Assembly (NCBI GenBank): GCA_040266055.1
Contig: JBDQFC010000001.1
Span: forward strand, 92,648 to 156,647
Direction: 5' to 3'
DNA from: Candidatus Nanopelagicales bacterium
GTDB taxonomy: Bacteria; Actinomycetota; Actinomycetes; S36-B12
Length of the DNA: 64,000 nucleotides
Numbering within the stretch: the stretch's first letter is position 1; the number at the start of each line of letters is the position of its first letter. The translations under genes were made by a program, and so were the position numbers. A model generated the notes under the pieces. The model saw only the letters and a list, made by a program, of their open reading frames with translations, did no database searches and had not been told where the DNA came from. Positions 59,756 through 64,000 of the stretch are shown here, in pieces.

Positions 59756-61489
59756 ATGGCAGCGCCGCACAGTGATCCGGTCACGTTCGACACCGATGTC
59801 GCGGTCATCGGGTCGGGATTCGGCGGTTCGGTCACTGCGCTCCGACTCTCCGAGAAGGGTTATCGGGTCACGGTTTTCGAAGCCGGACGACGTTTCGCCG
59901 ACGACGATTTCGCCAAGACCTCCTGGGATCTGCGGCGTTTTCTATGGGCTCCAGTGCTGGGCATGTACGGCATTCAGCGGTTCCATGTAATGAAGGACGT
60001 CGCGGTCCTCGCCGGTGCAGGAGTGGGCGGTGGATCCCTGGTGTACGCGAACACGCTTTACATCCCCGGATCGAAGTTCTTCGCTGACCCGCAATGGGCA
60101 GAAATCACCGATTGGGCACGTGAACTTGCTCCCTACTACGACCAAGCGGGCCGCATGCTCGGCATCGCGGACAACCCGACAATGACTCCCTCAGACATCG
60201 TGATGAAGCAGGTCGCCGACGACATGGGTGTGGGTCACACGTTCCGGATGACACCGGTCGGTGTCTACTTCGGTACGCCGGGCGTCACAGCACCCGATCC
60301 GTACTTCGGCGGCAAGGGTCCGGCTCGAACCGGTTGCATCGAGTGTGGCGAATGCATGACGGGTTGTCGCTGGAATGCGAAGAACACGCTGCCCAAGAAT
60401 TATCTACACCTGGCTGAACTCGCAGGGGCGCGGATTCTGCCGATGACCACCGTCGTCGGGATCGATCCGCTCCCTGACGGTGGCTACCGCATACAGACTC
60501 AGGCAACGGGCACGGTCGGTAATCGGATCCGTCGTTGGTTCACTGCCGAGCATGTGGTCTTCGCGGCGGGGACCTACAACACCCAACGGTTGTTGCACAA
60601 GATGAAGGACGAGGGCCGATTGCCTCGACTGTCGCAGGCCCTCGGGCGCCTATCGCGCACTAATTCGGAGTCGATTCTAGGCGCCGTCGCTCGCACCACC
60701 ACGACTGCAAATGAGGACTTCACGAAGGGTGTCGCCATCACGTCGAGCTGGTACCCCGATGAGAACACGCATGTGGAACCCGTTCGCTACGGCAAGGGGT
60801 CGAACTCCATGGGGCTCTTGCAGTCGGTGCTGACCAAGCCCGTGGCAGGTGTACCGAGATGGCGAGTGTGGGTATCCGAATTGGCAAAGCAGCCCCAGAT
60901 CGCAACGCAGTTACTGAACGTCCGACGTTGGTCCGAGCGGACGGTGATCTCACTGATCATGCAGCCGGTCGACAATTCGCTGACGTTGACGGGCAAGCGG
61001 CGACGCCTCGGGCCGTTTTCCCGATGGCGACTGACTACGGACCAGAGCCGATCGACGCCTGCGCCTACGTACATGCCCGTTGCGCAAGACGTGGTCCGAC
61101 GAGTGGCGGACAAGATTGGCGGGATCCCTGGCGCGAGTGTTTTTGAAAACGTCGACGCAGCGTTGACAGCCCACTTCGTCGGGGGATGCGTGATCGGAGA
61201 GAGCGCCGAGACTGGCGTGGTGGACGCGTATCACCGGATCTATGGCTATCTGGGCTTGCACATTGTGGACGGCTCGACGATCACCGCCAACCTCGGAGTC
61301 AATCCATCGTTGACCATCACTGCGCAAGCCGAGCGGGCCATGGCGATGTGGCCTAACAAGGGCGAGTCGGATGCGCGACCGCCCTTGGGATCGCAGTACG
61401 TCCCGGTGAATGCGATCGAACCGACCAAGCCTGTCGTCCCACCGGAGGCCCCCGGTGCATTGCGACTACCGATAGTCGCCAAGCCGTAG
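59756..61489 (+). CDS. GMC-family FAD oxidoreductase (ChoD/cholesterol-oxidase-like)
   Basis: N-terminal FAD fold DVAVIGSGFGGSVTALRLSEKGYRVTVFEAG. C-terminal HFVGGC...VVDAYHRIYGYLGLHIVDGSTITANLGVNPSLTITAQAE. 8 nt after the ALDH stop. Confidence 0.88.
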   Translation: MAAPHSDPVTFDTDVAVIGSGFGGSVTALRLSEKGYRVTVFEAGRRFADDDFAKTSWDLRRFLWAPVLGMYGIQRFHVMKDVAVLAGAGVGGGSLVYANTLYIPGSKFFADPQWAEITDWARELAPYYDQAGRMLGIADNPTMTPSDIVMKQVADDMGVGHTFRMTPVGVYFGTPGVTAPDPYFGGKGPARTGCIECGECMTGCRWNAKNTLPKNYLHLAELAGARILPMTTVVGIDPLPDGGYRIQTQATGTVGNRIRRWFTAEHVVFAAGTYNTQRLLHKMKDEGRLPRLSQALGRLSRTNSESILGAVARTTTTANEDFTKGVAITSSWYPDENTHVEPVRYGKGSNSMGLLQSVLTKPVAGVPRWRVWVSELAKQPQIATQLLNVRRWSERTVISLIMQPVDNSLTLTGKRRRLGPFSRWRLTTDQSRSTPAPTYMPVAQDVVRRVADKIGGIPGASVFENVDAALTAHFVGGCVIGESAETGVVDAYHRIYGYLGLHIVDGSTITANLGVNPSLTITAQAERAMAMWPNKGESDARPPLGSQYVPVNAIEPTKPVVPPEAPGALRLPIVAKP

Positions 61490-61491
61490 GC

Positions 61492-61529
61492 GCAGTGAAG
61501 GGGCGGACCGATGGGTCCGCCCCATCACT
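61492..61529. terminator. Bidirectional terminator hairpin between the GMC oxidoreductase gene and the convergent coxM-like gene
   Basis: cagtga(a)ggggcggacc-gatg-ggtccgcccc(a)tcactg. 16 paired bases with one A-A mismatch. Confidence 0.6.
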
Positions 61530-61541
61530 GAAGATCCTGCG

Positions 61542-62393
61542 CTACGAGATGCCGGCGGCCTTCGCGACCGCCCGCTTGGTCAGCACCTTGACCAGATGCT
61601 TGCGGAATTCGACGTCGGCGTCTTCATCCGCGAAGGGTTCCAGACCGTCGGCCGCGCTCTCGCACGCCGCTTCGATGTCAGCCATGGTTCTGGCGCCCAC
61701 GAGTGCCTGTTCGGTGCTGGTCGCTCGCATGGGGGTTCCACCGACGTTCGCCAGACCGATGCGAGCCTCGGCAATCGAGCCGCCGTCCATGCGGACCGCG
61801 GCCCCTACCCCGACGATGCTCCAAGCCTGCGCCGTGCGGTTGAACTTCTCGTAGTGCGAGCCCCATCCGTCGTACTTCGGAAATGCGACACTCACGAGTA
61901 GTTCGTCCTCGCCGACTGAGGTCTCAAACGGTCCGGCGAAGAACTCCGCCGCCGGAACCATGCGACGACCACCGGGACCGGCAATGGTGAACTCGGCGTC
62001 GAGTGCCAAGGCCACCGGTGGCTGGTCCGCGCGCGGGTCGGCGTGAGCGAGAGCGCCACCCACGGTGCCGCGGTGACGGATCTGCGGATCGGCCACGGTC
62101 TCCGTCGCCTGTGCGAGCAGTGCCACCGAGGACTTGACCGACGGATCGTTCATCACCGCGTGGTGGGTTGCACCAGCGCCGATCACGACCTTGTCTCCGG
62201 AAGCATCGATGCCCTTGATTTCGTCGATACCTGAGCAATCGACAACCAATTCAGGGGCGTTCAGCCGCAGGCGCAGTACGGGCAGTAGCGACTGCCCACC
62301 ACCGAGAACCTTGGCATCGTCGCTGCTCGAAAGTGCCGACAATGCCTCGTCCACGGTGGATGCCTTGGTGTATCCGAAGGTTGCGGGAATCAT
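61542..62393 (-). CDS. Molybdenum hydroxylase FAD-binding (medium, CoxM/CutM-like) subunit
   Basis: 283 aa. FGYTKASTVDEALSAL...KVLGGGQSLLPVLRLRL (FAD_binding_5 pattern). ATGA-type overlap with the upstream large subunit. Confidence 0.88.
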   Translation of the reverse strand: MIPATFGYTKASTVDEALSALSSSDDAKVLGGGQSLLPVLRLRLNAPELVVDCSGIDEIKGIDASGDKVVIGAGATHHAVMNDPSVKSSVALLAQATETVADPQIRHRGTVGGALAHADPRADQPPVALALDAEFTIAGPGGRRMVPAAEFFAGPFETSVGEDELLVSVAFPKYDGWGSHYEKFNRTAQAWSIVGVGAAVRMDGGSIAEARIGLANVGGTPMRATSTEQALVGARTMADIEAACESAADGLEPFADEDADVEFRKHLVKVLTKRAVAKAAGIS

Positions 62394-64000
62394 GCTTGGC
62401 CTCCCTTCGCCGCCCGGATGGTTTTCCAGACGGTCATCGGTGTTGCCGGCATCGCGACGTCGGTGACACCCATCGGACGAAGTGCATCGACGATGCCGTT
62501 GATGATCGCCGGCGTTGATGCGATCGCACCGGCCTCACCGACACCCTTGGTTCCCAGCGGATGCGTGGTGGAGGGGGTGACCGTGTGGTCTGTGATAAAC
62601 GACGGAAGGTCCGGTGCACCTGGAATCAAATACGTGGACAGGTTGGCGTTCTGTGGCTGCCCGTCCTCGTCGTAGAAGGCCCCTTCGTACAGCGCCTGTG
62701 CGATCCCCTGAGCCAGGCCGCCGTGCACCTGACCCTCGACGATCATCGGATTCACCTGCACGCCGACGTCATCGACAGCGACGTACTTGCGCAAAGTGAC
62801 CTTGCCGGTCTCGGTGTCGACCTCCATGGCAGCGAGGTGCGTGCCGTGTGGGTAGGAGAAGTCCTCCGGATCCACTGTCGCCTCACCTTGCAAAGTTGGC
62901 TCGACGCCGTCAGGCAGGTTGTGCGCGGTGAATGCCTCGAAGGCGACGGCCGCAAGCGGCTGGGCCTTTTCGGGATCGCCCTTCACCGAGAACTGGCCAT
63001 CGGCGAACTCGAGATCGCTTGGAGAGCACTCGAGCTGGTGAGCCGCGATGACCCGCGCCTTCTCGATCAGATTGTCCGCTGCCTTCTTAATCGCTTGGCC
63101 GCCCACCGCGAGCGATCGCGACCCGTAGGTGTCCATGCCATAGGGAGCGCGACCGGTATCGCCGTGTACCACCTCGATGTCTTCGACGCCGATGCCCAAA
63201 ATGCTGGCCGCGATCTGGCTCCAGGCTGTCTCGTGACCTTGGCCATGTGGTGATGTTCCAGTGATCAGTTCGACCTTGCCTGTGGGCAGCATCCGGATTG
63301 TCGCGTGCTCCCAACCACCAGCGACGTACTTCAGTGCGCCGAGCGTTCGTGACGGGGCAAGGCCGCACATCTCGGTGAAGGTTGAGATGCCGATACCGAG
63401 TTGCACTGGGTCACCGGATTCACGACGACGCTGCTGCTCGGCGCGGAGTTCATCCATGCCGAACAGGTCGAGCGCCTTGGCTGTTGCGGCCTCGTAGTTG
63501 CCGGTGTCGTAGGTCAACCCTGCGACGGTGGTGTACGGGAATTCCTCGTGCTTGATCCAGTTCTGCTCACGCAGAGCCATCGGATCCATTTCGAGTTCCG
63601 CGGCGAGTTCATCGATGATCCGCTCGATCGCGTAGGTGGCCTCCGGACGACCGGCACCACGGTAGGCATCCGTGGGTGTGGTGTTCGTGAAGACACCGGT
63701 GCACTTGAAGTCGTACGCGTCCATCTTGTAGATGGCCGGGTACATGAACATGCCAAGCAGCGGGATGCCGGGGGTGATGATCTGAAGGTAGGCACCCATG
63801 TTTGCGATGAGGTCGACCTGCAGGCCGAGGATCTTGCCATCCTTAGTCGCTGCGATCTCGATGTCCTGGATCTGGTCACGACCATGGTGAGTGGAGACCA
63901 TGTCCTCGCTGCGTGTCTCAGTCCACTTGACCGGACGACCTAGCTTGCGCGCAATTTGGGTGACGAGCACTTCCTCCCGGTACAGCTGCAGTTTGCCACC
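62390..64000 (-). CDS. Molybdenum hydroxylase large (molybdopterin-binding) subunit, form-II CoxL-like (N-terminus outside window)
   Basis: Frame stays open to the window edge. Active-site loop AYRGAGR (63647-63667) is the form-II CoxL signature, not VAYRCSFR. Aldehyde oxidase/xanthine dehydrogenase family motifs throughout. Confidence 0.88.
   Translation of the reverse strand, partial: GGKLQLYREEVLVTQIARKLGRPVKWTETRSEDMVSTHHGRDQIQDIEIAATKDGKILGLQVDLIANMGAYLQIITPGIPLLGMFMYPAIYKMDAYDFKCTGVFTNTTPTDAYRGAGRPEATYAIERIIDELAAELEMDPMALREQNWIKHEEFPYTTVAGLTYDTGNYEAATAKALDLFGMDELRAEQQRRRESGDPVQLGIGISTFTEMCGLAPSRTLGALKYVAGGWEHATIRMLPTGKVELITGTSPHGQGHETAWSQIAASILGIGVEDIEVVHGDTGRAPYGMDTYGSRSLAVGGQAIKKAADNLIEKARVIAAHQLECSPSDLEFADGQFSVKGDPEKAQPLAAVAFEAFTAHNLPDGVEPTLQGEATVDPEDFSYPHGTHLAAMEVDTETGKVTLRKYVAVDDVGVQVNPMIVEGQVHGGLAQGIAQALYEGAFYDEDGQPQNANLSTYLIPGAPDLPSFITDHTVTPSTTHPLGTKGVGEAGAIASTPAIINGIVDALRPMGVTDVAMPATPMTVWKTIRAAKGGQA

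Noticed and set aside
62390-64000. Annotation as genuine carbon-monoxide dehydrogenase (CoxL form I)
   Set aside because: The active-site loop reads AYRGAGR, not VAYRCSFR, and the gene order is L-M rather than M-S-L. It is therefore called a form-II CoxL-like hydroxylase of unknown substrate.

Overview
High-GC actinobacterial chromosome segment (WhiB gene, GTG/TTG starts, His-tailed GroEL1), almost entirely conserved housekeeping genes on the + strand. In order: 3' end of a Liv-type ABC transporter (permease, binding protein) and a secreted putative hydrolase; rplJ-rplL-rpoB-rpoC; a HAD hydrolase (-) and a DUF4190 membrane protein; the str operon (rpsL-rpsG-fusA-tuf); the S10, spc and alpha ribosomal operons (rpsJ to rpsQ, rplN to rplO, secY-adk-map, infA-rpmJ-rpsM-rpsK-rpsD-rpoA-rplQ-truA); rplM-rpsI-glmM; DUF389 (-); glmS-nnr-alr; an alpha/beta hydrolase; the t6A genes tsaE-tsaB-rimI-tsaD; a NodB deacetylase; a SAM methyltransferase (-); groES-groEL1 behind tandem CIRCE operators; a whiB3/whiD-like gene (-); a MerR regulator with a B12-binding-like domain; guaB-guaB3; an aldehyde dehydrogenase plus ChoD-like GMC oxidoreductase; and, convergent on the - strand, the M and (partial) L subunits of a form-II CoxL-like molybdenum hydroxylase. 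From memory, the second half is colinear with M. tuberculosis Rv3443c-Rv3409c. I saw no tRNA/rRNA genes, CRISPR arrays, transposases, integrases or recognisable defence genes, and I could not support a novel multi-gene system here. The items most worth a second look are small: a sulfotransferase wedged between map and infA; an acidic repeat insert in the LivM permease; a P0-like acidic tail on L10 and other low-complexity tails on r-proteins; a MerR/B12-like regulator divergent from whiB; an apparently leaderless glmS; recurrent G+TAnnnT promoter-like motifs; T-depleted AC-rich leaders; and a perfect 15-bp hairpin between groES and groEL. Hairpin and motif coordinates were counted by hand and may be off by 1-2 nt.
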